The notes beneath the pieces were generated by a model that had not been told where the DNA came from, did no database searches, and worked only from the letters and a program-made list of their open reading frames with translations. From NCBI RefSeq assembly GCF_009914755.1, contig NC_060931.1: a stretch of DNA of 64,000 nucleotides. The stretch is one strand, 5' to 3'. Shown here piece by piece: positions 45,601 to 60,115 of this stretch. The position numbers and the translations under genes were made by a program. This stretch comes from the human T2T-CHM13v2.0 reference genome, Homo sapiens. The stretch's first letter is position 1; each line of letters begins with the position of its first letter.

Positions 45601-47164
45601 TTTCAAAGAATGTTTTAATTTTTATCTTTATTTCATTGTTGACCCAATGATCATTCAGGAGCAGGTTATTTAATTTCCATGTATTTGCATGGTTTTGAGG
45701 GTTCCTTTTGGAGTTGATTTCGAATTTTATTCCACTGTGGTCTGAGAAATTACTTGATATGATTTTGATTTTCTTAAATTTGCCAAGATTTGTTTTGTGC
45801 CTATCATATGGTCTATCTTGGAGAATATTCCATGTACTGATGAATAGAATGTGTATTCTGCAGTTGTTGGGTAGTATGTTCTGTAAATATCTGTTAAGTC
45901 CATTTGTTCTAGGGTGTAGTTTAAGTCTATTGTTTCTTTGTTGGCTTCCTATCTTGATGACCTGTGCAGTGCTGTCAGAGGAGTATTGAAGTCCCCCACT
46001 GTTACTGTGCTGCCGTCTATCTCATTTCTTAGGTCTAGTAGTAATTGTTTTATAAATTTGAGAGCTCCCATGTTAGGTGCATATATATTTAGAATTGTGG
46101 TATTTTCCTGTTGAACTAATCCTTTTATCATTATATAATGTCCCTCTTTGTCTTTTTTAATTGCCATTGCTTTAAAGTTTGTGTTGTCTGATATAAGAAT
46201 AGCTACTTCTGCTCACTTTTGGAGTCCATTGACATGGAATATCTTTTTCTACCTCTTTACCTTAAGTTTATGTGAGTTCTTAGGTGTCAGATGAGTCTCC
46301 TGAAGACAGCAGAAACGTGGTTGGTGGATTCTTATCCATTCTGCAATTCTGTATCTTTTAAGTGGAGCATTCAGGCCATTTACATTCAATGTTAGTATTG
46401 AAATGTGAGGTACTGTTCTATTCATTGTGCTATTTGTTGTCTGAATACCTTTTTTTATCATGTTATTGTTATATAGGTGAGATTTATGCTTTAAGGAGGT
46501 TCTATTTTGGTGTATTTTGAGGATTTGTTTCAAGATTTAGAGCTCCTTTTAGCAGTTCTTGTAGTCCTGGCTTGGTAGTGGGGAATTCTCTCAGCATTTG
46601 TTTGTCTGGAAAAGATTGCATCTTTCCTTCATTTATGAAGCTTAGTTTCACTGGATACAAATTCTTGACTGATAATTGTTTTGTTTAAGGAGGCCAAAAG
46701 TAAGACCCCAATCCCTTCTAACTTGTAGGGTTTCTGCTGAGAAAGCTACTGTTAATCTGATAGGTTTTCCTTTATAGGTTACCTGATGCTTTTGCCTCAC
46801 AGCTCTTAAGATTCTTCCCTTTGTCTTGACTTTACGTAACCTGATGACTATGTGCCTAGGCAATTATCTTTTTGTGATGAATTTCCCAGGTGTTCTTTGA
46901 GCTTCTTGTATTTGAATATCTAGATTTCTAGCAAGGCCAGGCAACTTTTCCTCACTTATTCCCTCAAATATGTTTTCCAAACTTTTAGATTTCTCTTTTT
47001 CTTCAGGAACACCAATTATTCTTAGGTTTGGATGTTTAACATAGTCCCAAACTTTTTGGAGGCTTTGTTCATTTTCTTAAATTCCTTTTTCTTTGTCTTT
47101 GATGGGTTAGGTTAATTTGAAAGCCTTGTCTTTGAGCACTGAAGTTCTTTCTTCTGCTTGTTCA
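42684..47164 (-). mobile_element. L1PB1-like element, 5'-truncated in ORF1, internally deleted, LTR-interrupted
   Basis: L1PB1-type 3' end (AATAGGTTTTTGGGGAGCAGGTGG); RT ([22 protein letters not shown]), EN (TLNVNGLN..CCLQETH) and ORF1 remnants; perfect TSD ACTCCATTTATTTTTTC 42667-42683/47165-47181. Confidence 0.93.
45076..45529 (+). mobile_element. MER4A-like ERV1 solo LTR inserted in L1
   Basis: TGAAAGGAAAATATCTCGGACCCCCAAAATCACTAAG..GTTCACA; 4-bp TSD GAAC. Confidence 0.88.
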
Positions 47165-47181
47165 ACTCCATTTATTTTTTC

Positions 47182-47629
<448 letters not shown>

Positions 47630-48639
47630 AGTTACATTTTTATAATTGGAACTATTTTTGCAATATGAAGAGTTTATTGTCTCAATATTTCCCTTGACCC
47701 TCTCCCACAGTCATGCCCTGGCCACCTGTGCTCATTACCTTAAGAACAGGCATGAGGTATCAAAAATGAGAGAAAAAAATGGACCCTTAAGGAGAGGAAA
47801 GTTCTTATGGGATGGTAAGAAAAGTATTAACAGCAAGGATTCTCGACCAAGATTATTGTTCCTTAAATTAGGGAGATATATAGAGTTGAAAGGAAACTTT
47901 GAGATGAAAATATCAGTAGGACCAAGAAAGAGTGACCTCGCACACTCCTTCCCAGACCATGCCCCAGGGGGAAGACAGAAACTCCAGGCTGATTTGTGGA
48001 TCTGAGACATTCAGTGTTTTCTGGAGAGACAGCAAGATCCAGGAAGAGCAGAATAATCCCCAAGCACACTGGAGCAGTATGGGAGTGGCAGAGAGAACCA
48101 CTAAACCCCAAAAGACCATGCAGGTGGGGAAGAGGGAAGGCCCCATACACAACTAACTGCCTAGGCAATGGACATGCCACCAGCTGCCTAGAACACAGCA
48201 GATAATGAATCAATCAATCAATACCTCCATTAATAAGTGTCATTGAGGGCTAAATCAAATAGTCACCTGTGACACTGTGGTACCTAGTAAGCTCCATAGA
48301 ATTTAAGCAGAATCCTGAGGAAACCAGGATTAAAATGCTGCCATCCTGAATTGAAAAAGAAAAACAAAAATTTTCATTTCTCGCATGGTCAAAGCTGTGA
48401 ACTGAGATTTACACTTGCAATGCTTATGTGTGAAAACTGAATTACACACAGTAACTTTTACTGCTCTGTGAGACTGTTTATATGGAATGGGATTTATTCA
48501 TTTCTTGACAGTTTGAGCACCTTCACCATCAATACTAACTATACATACATACAAATGTAGCTTTTGAGGAAATGGATAGAATTTTGAAAACATTGACATT
48601 GGTGTTTTGGGAAGTTTTTGCTATTTTTACTTTCTTTCA

Positions 48640-48905
48640 GTATTTTTTTCTTCTAACTTTTATTTTAGGTTCAGAGTTACGAGTGCAGGTTTGTTACATG
48701 AGTAAATTGCATGTCACTGGGGTTTGGTGTATGAATTATTTCATCATCCAGGTAGTGAGCATAGTACCCCATAGGTAGTTTTTCAGTTCTCCCCATCCTC
48801 TCACCCTCCACCCTTAAGCAGGCCGCAGTGTCTACTGTTCCCTTCTTTGTGTCTATGTGTACTCAATGTTTAGATCCTACTTACAAGTAAGAATATACAA
48901 TGTGT
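48640..48905 (-). mobile_element. L1PA16-like 3' end
   Basis: GTGCAGGTTTGTTACATGAGTAAATTGCATGTC..GAGCATAGTACCCCATAGGTAG. Confidence 0.85.
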
Positions 48906-48975
48906 TTTTTAAAAGGAATCACATTATTTACTTTTCCTTCTTGTTTGGAGTAATAAATACTATTTTCCTTTATTA

Positions 48976-49274
<299 letters not shown>

Positions 49275-51559
49275 AGTGGTATGAGTCTCTTGTAGAAAAT
49301 TCAGATGAAGCAAAGACATTTTAAATTATCTAATTTTATGATTCAGAAATACTGTTGTTAAGAAATTGGTATCTTTATCTGTAATTATTAAATATATCAT
49401 GCTTAATATTTGATCATCTATATTTTCTGTATTTTCCATTTCTTTTAGACATTTTAATCAATTATTTATAATTATATGGAGTATTTACTTATAATTTGTA
49501 TTTTCAAGTATCTTATAATGTTATTTTTTTAACCCCTCAACTAGTTTTATTACCAAAATAAAAACTGTAGCAGCTACACACATTTTCTTCCTTGCTTATT
49601 GTACATAACACTGAGTGTTGGTGGTTAATTTTACAACCTAGCCTTCAGATTATAGAATGTCCAAGATACAATGGTGACTAAAAGAGACGAGGACTTAACA
49701 TCACCCTGGGATGAATGCAGTGGCTGCAGCCGCCTCCTCGCAGGGGTCCACTCTGTGCTCCCTGCTTTGGGGAAAGAGTGAACTTGTATTCATCTGTATG
49801 AGAAATATAGTTGCATTCTGTTAGGAAGAAGTGTTTATAATGTTATTTTAAAATATAATTTAAATATTTGTCATGGTAAAATTTGGGAAATAAACACAAA
49901 TATAAACATACAACAAATAACTTGTAATACCATCACAGAGAGAGAACAATTGTTAACATTTTAGTGTTTTCATTTCAGGTCTTTGTGTTTACACATACAT
50001 CACACATGTACAAATTGAGATTATATGATATATTATATTATAATTTGTAAACTTAAAAATTCTCTTTACATATATGCGCTTTCATTTTTTTCTTTACTAG
50101 ATTTGTTACAAAACTTTCAGTCATCATATAAAATAAATTTTTATTAATTATTACATATATTGTGTTTATTTGAATTATTTCTAGTTTAGGTTTATTATGT
50201 TCTTGTTCCTGTTCTCTTAAAAATGTCTTTGTTGACACTTGTTTCTTGGTTGGGCAGTTTATTTATTTTCCTCCTTTTATTCAGAATAATAAAGACATCT
50301 ATGACTGTGGCAAAGTGAAAGCTAAAGAGTATGTTATTTTCTCATTATTTTTATTTTTCCTCCTTAATTCAATAGTTATTTGAGATATTGGATTTTAAAA
50401 TAGATACACAAGTTAATATTTTTAAAGTGGCATTTTTTATTATTCTAACACTTTGGAGAGAAATATGAAAGCACAATAAAAGTAAAAATTAACTGTATTC
50501 CATAATACAGCAATAACTGTTATCAATATTTAGTCACATATACTTTTCATTGTTACCAGCATATGTAAAATACATTGAAATGAGATAATATTGTATATAT
50601 TGCTTTGTGAAATGCCTTTTTCTGCTTCATAACACGGCATGAATATTTCACCACAGTATAATTTTATAATGTTCCTGTAGAATCTTACCATATTGAATGC
50701 TTGGAACATTTATTCCCTTTTTTCCTATAGCAGACACTCTTGTACATAAAATCATTATAGATAGATCTGATTAGTTCTCCAGGAAAACTCCTGAAATTGA
50801 ATTATTGGGTCAACTTTTAAGGGCATTTTAAGGCTTTTGATTTATAGTAGTAATTAGTTCTACAGAAAAGTCACCCAAACTTACACTTCCATCAGTAGTA
50901 AATAAAAGGTCCTTTTCATACTATTTCTATTTCTTTTTTATGAGTAACTTCACGTTTCTATTCATTAAACAATCATTGATTCCATTTTTTTCTTATTTAC
51001 TTGTTACAGCTTTTACAAGTTTATTATCCCTTTGTGGACCATGTTGTTTCTTTTTTTTTTTTTTTTTTTTTGTCATTTACCTTTTAAATTTGCCTTTGCT
51101 TGCTTTTTCTATTTAAACGTTTATTTCTTTCCAATTTTGTTGCATTTTGGTTATTTATAAATATTATACAAGTGATCATTGCTAAAGTATACATGAGTGT
51201 AGCTGTCTCTTGTGTTTATTCTATCTGATTTTTTCATGGTTATCTCCCTGTTGCCTTGAGAAAGACAGTTGTCACTTAGTTCTCTGGCAGTGTTCTTTCC
51301 TGTTCTTTGTTAATTCCATAAGAGCCCTTGCATCAATTCATTTTCCAACTCTCCCTCTTACTTGTTCCAGCAAGTAAAATCAAATTGGTGTTTATACAAT
51401 GAATAAACCAAAGGTAACTGAGATCAAAGTTTTCTGGAAGATGATTGATAAGGGGACTTTGGTGTAATACTTGTATTAAAAAGTAAATATTTAATTGGAA
51501 AGCAATACATTAAAAGGACACTATGTATTTTTAATTAACTTCATTCTGTTGCAATTCCA

Positions 51560-52190
51560 TTCTATTTCCCTCTGCAATTATACTTTCTTCTGAGTCATCT
51601 ACTTCTCTTTCTCTCTCTTTGCCAGATCATTCCCATATACAACCATGGGCTGGTGTCTCCAATTCTAAAATGAACAAACAAGCAAAACACAAGCTAATAA
51701 TACATAAATTAACCTCCCTTTGTTCCGCATGAGCTTGTGCCTATTTCTACGCAGTCCTTCAATTCAAAACGGCTGGCTAGTGTTGTCAGGAGCTGCCATT
51801 TCCACTTCCTCTCATCACATTTCCTCTGCTAACATTTCTAGTCACACTGTTTCCCCATTTCTTCACTGAGGCAGCTCTTGTGGAGGTCACCAATGTGCCC
51901 CGTTTTGTTATATCCAGTGGTCACTTCCCTGTTCTGATTTCACTTGCTCTTTCAGCAGCAGCAGACAAGGACGGCCACCACTTCCTTCTGCTCTTGATTT
52001 CAGTGGTGCCACTCCCTCCTGATTTCCTCCTATCCCTTGGGCTGTATCTCCATAGCCTCCTTTTTTGGATCATCTTTTTCTGCTTGGCCTGGAAATACTG
52101 GGAAACTCTAAAATTAATACTGGACTCATTTTCTTCCCTATCTACATAATCTCCCTATAAGACTTTATCCTGTCCTGTGGATTAAAACTC
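51560..52190. mobile_element. Degraded L2
   Basis: GCTCTTGTGGAGGTCACCAATG..TCCAGTGGTCACTTC..TTTCAGCAGCA is typical L2 RT-region text. Confidence 0.7.
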
Positions 52191-52199
52191 TATGTAAGG

Positions 52200-52840
52200 G
52201 CTTTTCAATGTCTGTTTTCTTTCACTCAGCAAAATGTTTGTGAAAGTCATCCTTGGAATTGCATGCCGTACTAGTTTGCTTGTTTCATGTTTATTGCTGT
52301 GTAATATTACATTATGTGACTATACCACAAATGGTATATTTATTCACCTCTTGGTGGACATTAGGGTCATGCTTGGTTTTGGCTACTATAAGTAAAGCTA
52401 CAATGCACATTCAAGTTATATGCATCTCTATATGGAGATAGTTTTCATTTTGGGGGCAGTGAGGGAATGCTTTGGTGAGGAATTGCTGCATCCTTTGACA
52501 AGTGTATGTTTAACTTTAGGAGAAACAGCCAAAATATTTTCCAAAGCAGTTGTACCATTTCACATTCCCACCTGCCATGTATGAAGTTCCACTTGCTCTA
52601 CATGCTTGCTATTATCTGTTATTGCTTGATTTTTTTAAAAAGAGCCTTTCTAATGGATCAGTCATGATTTTAATTTGTGTTTTCTGATGAGTAATGTTCT
52701 TAAACACCTTTTTGTGTACTTACTGGGGAAATGGCCAAATTTGTTAGGTTATTTTTCTATTATTGAGTTGCAAGACTGGTTTGTATAGTCTGTATATATA
52801 TCCTTTATCAGATATATGTGCTGGGAATAATTTTTTCCAG
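52200..52840 (-). mobile_element. Old L1M fragment
   Basis: TTCCAAAGCAGTTGTACCATTTCACATTCCCACC..TCCTTTATCAGATATATG. Confidence 0.8.
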
Positions 52841-53094
52841 TTTATACCAGGCTCTATCCCTCTATCTGAGGATGCAACTTCTCTACAAATAGCCGACTGT
52901 ACAGGATTCAGCTTCTTTCTGGATTCAAGTAGCCACACTCTCATCCTCCCTTCAGGTCTACACATGATACAAGCCAGGCTGCCTCTCACTAGGGAACACT
53001 GCACCAATATATACCATTCTCCTACACACACGTTTGTGTGCAGGAGATATTTCTTTTGAAAGTAAACACTCCTTTAGCCATATTTCTCCTTATG

Positions 53095-53210
53095 GTCCCT
53101 TTTCCTCTATTCTTTTCCCTTTTCCTCTGTTCTTTTCTCTTTTTTTCTTTCTTCTTCCTTCTTCTTTCCTTCCTTTCTTCTTTTCTTCCTTCCTTCCTTT
53201 CATTCTTTCT
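53095..53210. repeat. Polypyrimidine (CT-rich) low-complexity tract
   Basis: ~115 bp almost entirely C/T. Confidence 0.9.
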
Positions 53211-54058
53211 GATTGAAAGAATCTTCCCCCACTGGAATATAAACATTATGAAAGAACTGACCCATGAGTCTTAAAAGTGATCGCTGTATCTTTTTAAAAA
53301 GGCTTGCTAAATAAATATTTGTTGAATGAATAAACGTGTGAATAAAGAGCAAATTTTTTTCCAGGAAAAAAGCCTAGTTTGATTCCAGGTTGATAGAAAG
53401 TTTTAATAAACCTAAAGAAAAATATAAAAGGAGACTTTCTCCTTCTACAAACCAGGCCTTTAGGACAGCTTCATCAGCAGGGGGAGTGAGCAAGAGACTG
53501 GGCAGCACCACAGAAAGCTTCTGCAAAGCTTCTCTAAACACCAATGCCCAGGGTTCACACCAGGCACACTGAGGCAGGACCCCTGCAAGTAGGTTCTAGG
53601 AATCTCTGCTTTTCAAAAACTCTCCAGGTAATTCTAGCACAGTGAGTTGCTCCTCCACGCAGCCTCCGCTGCTGCTTCCTCTGGCTTCACATCACACCAC
53701 CATAAGCCACATTTCTCTGCAGGTCAAAGATGAAGGTCAGTATGGCATGGTAAGGCCACACTGAATGTTTATAAAAAATATCTACTACTATTTGTATAAT
53801 GTTTCTTTCAGTCTTGGTCCTTGGAAAACAAGTATCAGTCTGTCATTGTATTCAAAGGCAGAATTCAGTCTTAAATTTTGGCAAGAAGTTCAAAACTTGA
53901 TAATACTCAGTTATAATCTAAACAATTAATTCACAGTGATCCTCAAGCAAAATGAATTGTTGTTACCTCATCCTGGTTAAGAAACATTATAAGGGATTCT
54001 ATTATGATGCAAATTACTCCTTTAAAGTCTGTTTCCTTACAGAAATAAGCCTGTTTTG

Positions 54059-56097
54059 CCACTCCTATTCAACATAGTACTGGAAGTCCTGGCCAGAGCA
54101 ATCAGGCAAGAGAACGAAATAAAAGGCATTCAAATAGGAAGCGAGGAAGTCAAATTATCTCTGTTCACAGATGGCATGATTCCATATCTAGAAAACCCCA
54201 TAGTCCAGGCCCAAAAGCTTCTTAAGGCTGATAAACAACTTCAGCAAAGTTTCAGAATATAAAATTAATGTACAAAAATAAGTAGTATTCCTGTCCAGCA
54301 ACAACATCCAACATGAAAGCCAAGTTAAGAACACAAGTCCAGTCATAGTTGCCACAAAAACAATAAAATACCTAAGAATACAGCTAACCGGGGAGGTGAA
54401 AGATCTCTACAATGAGAACTACAAAATACTGCTCAAAGAAATCAGAGGTGACACAAACAAATGGAAAACATTCCCTGCTCACAGACAGAAAGAGTCAATA
54501 TTGTTAAAATGGCCATACTACTCAAAGTAGTTTACAGATTCAATGCTACTCCTATCAAACTCCAATTACCTTCTTCACAGAATTAGAAAAACTATTTTAA
54601 AATTCATATTAAACCAAAAAAGAGCTCAAATAGCCAAGGCAATCATAAGCAAAGAGAACAAAACTAGAGGCATCATGTTACCTGACTTCCAGCTATACTA
54701 CAGGGCTACAGTAACCAAAACAGCATGGTACTGGTATAAAAACAGACACATAGACCAATGGAAAAGAACAGAGAACCCAGAAATAATGCCATGAATGTAC
54801 AGCCATCTGATCTTCAATAAAGTTGACAAAAACAAGCAGTGAAGAAAGGACTCCTTGTTCAATGTTGGGATAACTGGCTAGACATATGCAGAAAATTGAA
54901 ACTGGACCCCTTCCTTATACTGTATTCAAAAATCAACTCAAGATGGAGTAAAGACTTAAATGTAAAACCTAAAACTATAAAAACACTGGAAGATAACCTA
55001 GAAAATACCATTCTGGATAAGGGATTTTATCACAAAGATGCCAAAAGCAACTGCAACAAAAACAAAAATTGGCAAATGGGACCCAGTTCATCAAAAGAGC
55101 TTTTCTGTATAGCAAAGGAAACTATCAACAGAGTGAACAGACAACCTACAGAATGGGAGAAAATATTTTCAAACTATGCATCTGACAAAAGTCTAATATC
55201 AAGAATCTATAAGGAGCTTAAACAAATCAACAAGCAAAAAACAACCCCATGAAAAACTGGGCAAAGGACATGAACAGACACTTTTCAAAAGAAGACATAC
55301 AAGTGGTCAAGAAACATGAAAAAAATGCTCAACATCACTAATTATTAGAGAAATGCAAGTCAAAACTACAATGAAATACCATCTCACACCAGTCAGAATG
55401 GCTATTAAAACATTAAAAAAATAACAGATGCAGGTGAGCTTGTGAAGAAAAGGGAATGCTTACAAACAGCTGGTGGGAACATAAACTAGTTCAGCCATTG
55501 TGGAAAGCAGTTTGGTGATTTCTCAAAGAACTCAAAGCAGAATTACCATTCAACCCAGTAATCCCATTATTGGGTATATATCCAAAAAATATAAATCATT
55601 CCATTATAAAGATAGATGCATGCATTTGTTCATCACAACACTATTTACAATAGCAAAGACATGGAATAAACCTACATGCTCATCCGTGGTAGACTAGATA
55701 AATAAAATGTGATACATATACACCATGGAATACTATGCAGCTATAAAAAGGAATGAGATCATGTTCTTTGTTGGAACATGGATGGAGCTGGAGGCCATAA
55801 TTCTAAACAAACTAAAACAGGAAGTGAAAACCAAATACCATATGTTCTCGCTTATAAGTGGGAGCTAAACGCTGACTACACATGGACACAAAAAAGGGAA
55901 CAACAGACCCAGGAGCCTACTTGAGAGTGGAGGGGCAGAGGAGGGTGAGGATTAAAAAATTACCTATCGGGTACTATGCTTATTACCTGGATGGTCAAAT
56001 AATCTGTACATCAAACCCCCATGACACAAGTTTTCCTTTGTAACATGAACCTAAAATAAAAGTAAAATAAAACTAACTCATATAAACAAGTTTAAAA
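54059..56097 (+). mobile_element. 5'-truncated L1 (L1PA16-like)
   Basis: ORF2 remnants ([31 protein letters not shown]); TSD AAAT(A/G)AGCCTGTTTTG 54043-54058/56098-56113. Confidence 0.93.
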
Positions 56098-57174
56098 AAA
56101 TGAGCCTGTTTTGAAGGAACTAGTTCCAAGTTCTTTACACACTGCTGCCATCATAAAGCATGAGAGAACGTAGCCTTCTTCTTGAAGGAAAACTGAATGC
56201 CGAGTGTTGCTCCATTAATCGACAGGCCTTCCCAATTCAATTCTACATGACCACAAACATGATTCTCCAATTTGTCCTTTTTCTTCACATCTTCGCTTGC
56301 ATTCTAACTACCTAGATTATTCAAAGAAACCTCTTATCCCTTTAAATGATTTCAGTTTCTATGACATTCTGAATTCTCCCTGCTGTGAATTGAAACTTGC
56401 CGAAGCAGAGCTCCATGCATGTTCCTCTCACACTTCAACACTCTCGACCTGTTTTACAATGTCATCTACCTTCCCATCCTCCAAATGCATTTTACAAATT
56501 TCAACCTCAGTGCTTTTGTTTTCAAATATTCCTGGCTTGTTCATTAGTAGTTCCAAAATTTCTATAAAGGAGAGACTCTGGGACAGTTCTGTGACTGGAA
56601 AGACTGAGGGTTGCTAGCTGGGGACTTTTGTGAAGATGGCATGTTGGTTTTATTTATACCGCAGTTCAGTTTTTTGGAGGGGGAAGTTGTGGGTATTATG
56701 ATTATGTAGTGTAGGGATGGGGATGTTAAATTCTTGGCTACCAATTTTTTAAATCTCCCAAAATGCACTTCTTCATCCCATGACCTGTCCAATGTGTACT
56801 CATTTTATAGAATGGGCCTCATGTCTGAACTCCTTAAAAATTACTCTTGACAATCTCTGGTAACTTTCTTAATGCTTTTTGTTTTAGTCCCACATTAATT
56901 ATACATGAAAATATGTCTGGGCTCTCCAACTACAGTCCAACTGGACTGAGCACAAGAAATACATCTGAACTGAAGTATCTATTTAGCATTTAACATGGTT
57001 CTGTTAAAGTAGCAGGCAGCTGACTGACATTTTTTGTCCATTCACTTAGATAACTAAAATTGTAATGGAAATAAATAAGTATGTGAAAGAAAGTAGTGAT
57101 TGTCCAAAAGTGTCTTGAAGACATTTTGAGTCAGAAGACATGGGTGCAATTCTACCACTGTGACCTTTGCAGAG

Positions 57175-57581
57175 TGCTATAGTTTAGATGTTTTGTCTCT
57201 CCCAATCTCATGTTGAAATGTGATCTCCAATGTTGGAGGTGGGACCTGGCGGGAGGTGTTTTGATCATGGGGGTAAATCCCTCATGAATGGCTTGGTGCC
57301 ATCTTTGAGTTCTCACACTATGAGTTCACAAAAGATCTGATTGTTCAAAAGAGCCTGGAACTACCTCCTCTCTCTTTTGTTTCTTCTCTTGCAATGTGAC
57401 ACACTGGTTCCCCTTTGCCTTCTGCCATGATTGGAAGCTTCCTGAGATCTCAGCAAAAGCAGATGCTAGTGCCATGCTTCCTGTACAGCCTGCAGAACCG
57501 TGAGCCAAATAAACCTCTTTTCTCTATAAATTACTCAGCCTCAGATATTTCTTTATAGTAACACAAAAATGGACTCATACA
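57175..57581 (+). mobile_element. MST-family MaLR solo LTR (MSTB-like)
   Basis: TGCTATAGTTTAGATG..AAATAAACCTCTTTTC..GACTCATACA; 5-bp TSD CAGAG/CTGAG. Confidence 0.88.
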
Positions 57582-57624
57582 CTGAGTTAGCCACATTTAT
57601 TCCCAGTTTTCCAATGTTTGTGAG

Positions 57625-58590
57625 CCATACGTGTGATAAGGAGTTAATTTCCAAAATACTTAAGAAACATATTTGCTACAATATTTGCTAAAACTCAATA
57701 GCAAAAAAAAAAAAAAAAAAAAAAAACAACCTGGTAGCACAATTTTTAAATGAGCTAAAGACCTGAATAGACATTTCTTCAAGAAAACATACAAATGGCC
57801 AACTTGTATATGAAAAGTTGCTCAGTGTCACTAATCACGAAGAAATTGCAAATCAAAACCACAATGTGAGATATCACCCTACTCCTGTTAAGATGTCTAT
57901 TATCAAAAAAACAAAGACAACAAATGTCGGTGAGGATACAGAGAAATTGAATCCCTTGTACATAGTTGGTGGGCATGTAAAATTGTGCAGCCATAATGAA
58001 AAACAGTATTGAAGTGCCTCAAAAAATTAAAAATAGAGCTAACATATGATCCAACAGTTCAACTTCTGGGTATTTATTCAAAAGGATTGAAATAAGGATC
58101 TTGAAGAGAAATTAATACTCCCACGTTCATTGCAGCATTATTAACAATAGTCAAGATGTAGAAACAACCTAAATATTCATTGGAAGGTAAACGAATCAAG
58201 AAAGTTTGGTGTATACATTCAGTGGAATACTATTCAGCCTTAGAAAAGAAGGACATTCCGCAACATGTGAAAACATGGATGAACTTTGAGGACATTATGC
58301 TAAGTCAGTCACAGAAAGGTAAATACTGCATGATTTCACTTACATAAGGAATCTAAAACTGTCAATTTCATAAAAGCAGAGAGTAGAATGGTGTTTGCTA
58401 GGGGCTGGAGGGAGAGGAGAAGGGGAAGTTACAGTCCAATGGATATAAAATTGCAGTTTTGTGAAATCAATAAGTTATAGAGATCTGATGTACAGCGTCA
58501 TGCCTACAGTTAACAATACTGTATTGTACACTTGAAATCTGTTAAGAAGGTAAATCTCATGTTAAGTGTTCTTATCACAAATGAAAAATA
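57625..58590 (+). mobile_element. L1MA/MB-type 3' fragment
   Basis: CTGAATAGACATTTCTTCAAG..AAAGCAGAGAGTAGAATGGTG..GTAAATCTCATGTTAAGTGTTCTTATCACAA. Confidence 0.85.
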
Positions 58591-58824
58591 AAGGGGAATG
58601 AGGAAGACCTTTTCAAAAGTCTGGAATGAGGATAAAATGAGACTATGAATGGGAAAATACTGTGTAAACTGTAAAACTTTACACAAATGTTAATTCATAA
58701 AGCAGCCAGGACCATCTTTTTAAATCTAATAATCAGGTTGTCTCATTCGTAAGCTTAAAACTCTTCAAACATAATATTTTACAATAATAAAAGGCTCTCT
58801 CTAGCCTCATCTGTCTTTCATCAC

Positions 58825-58885
58825 CACACACACACATGCATGCACACACATGCATGCACACACACACGTACACATACATGCACAC
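58825..58885. repeat. Compound (CA)/(CATG) microsatellite
   Basis: ~60 bp of purine/pyrimidine alternation. Confidence 0.85.
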
Positions 58886-59328
58886 GGGTATTTCAGCAGT
58901 TTAGCCTCCCTTCCATTCTTGTAATATTTCAAGTCCCTTCTATCCCCGAGTCTTTCTTATCCTTCAGCTCTTAGATCAAACACAACCTCTACAGAGACCT
59001 TTCCAGACCATCCTATCTGAATAACCTTCTCCCACCCCTTGCCTACTCATTCATCATCTTGTTTATTACTACCTAATGCCACACTTTGAAATCATCTTGC
59101 TCAATTTTTTTTGTTTGTTTTCTTATTCATCATCGCTCCTGGCTCCGTGGGTTCAGGGTGTGGCCTGTCTCTCTTCTGTCCCCAGTATCAGAGCAGAATC
59201 TGGTACATGGTAGACACTCAGTACCTGCGTGTAAAAATTGAATGAGGATGTTAAGTGTTCCCACCACAAAAATGACAACTATGTGAGATAATGCAAGCTA
59301 GATTTAGCCATTCCACAATGTATATATA

Positions 59329-60115
59329 CAGTAGTCCCTACTTATCCATTCCAAGAGGATACATTCCAAGACCCTCAGTAAATGCCTGAAACCATGCATA
59401 GTACCAAACCCTACATATACTTGCGAAAGGAAAACCAAAACTTAGGAACCTAATTTCACTCTGCTAAAAGAAAATATTAAGCTGAAAGCTGAGTCATGCA
59501 AGAAGCTGCTTTTCCTTTTATTCCCAAGCAGAGTTGTACAGATAAAAGGTTAAACATCTCCACAGGTAGCTACTGTACCCTCACCTTATCTTAAGTGAAG
59601 CGCCGATTTACTGAGAGCTAGAAGAACACATAATAGGCTATTCCCCTACCTGCTCCTTTTCTCTTGCAACACATGGATTCAGTCATGTAACCACAACTTC
59701 CCTCTTTCCCCTTTAAATACCAAAGCCCTCAGAATCGTCTTTGGAGCAAGGCACAGACCTCCCTTGCGGGCATTTCCTTAACCTTGGCAAAATTAACTTC
59801 TGAATTGATGGAGACCTTTCTCAGATACTTTTTGGTTTACACACTATACTTGGCAGTCAGTCTGATCACCAAGACAGCTAAGTGACTAATGGGCAGGTAG
59901 TGTATAACAGCCCAGGTACGCCAGACAAAGGGATGATTCACATCCTGGGTGTGATGGACGGGACAGTATGATATTTCATCACACTACTGAGAATGGCACA
60001 CAATTTAAAACTGATTCTTAATTTCTGGAATTTTCCATCTAACACTTTTGGACCATGGTTGACCACAAGTAACTGAGACCGCAGAAAGGAAACTGCAGAT
60101 AAGGGAAGACTACTG
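59329..60115. mobile_element. MER44/Tigger7-type DNA transposon, LTR-interrupted, inside an L1M 3' end (~59248-60190)
   Basis: TIRs CAGTAGTCCCTACTTATC / GATAAGGGAAGACTACTG; TA TSD. Confidence 0.85.
59422..59841 (+). mobile_element. MER4-group ERV1 solo LTR (MER83/84-like)
   Basis: TGCGAAAGGAAAA..CCTTAACCTTGGCAAAA..TTTGGTTTACA; TSD TACT/CACT. Confidence 0.8.

Noticed and set aside
43900-46863. RT, endonuclease and ORF1 peptides as a functional retroelement
   Set aside because: Fragmented by stops, frameshifts, a deletion and an LTR insertion; no 5' promoter
56430-56575. Minus-strand protein-like stretch (EILELLMNKPGIFENK..) after a good acceptor TCTCTCCTTTATAG
   Set aside because: No strong donor, stop after ~45 codons, no homology I can recognise; tBLASTn/BLASTx would settle it
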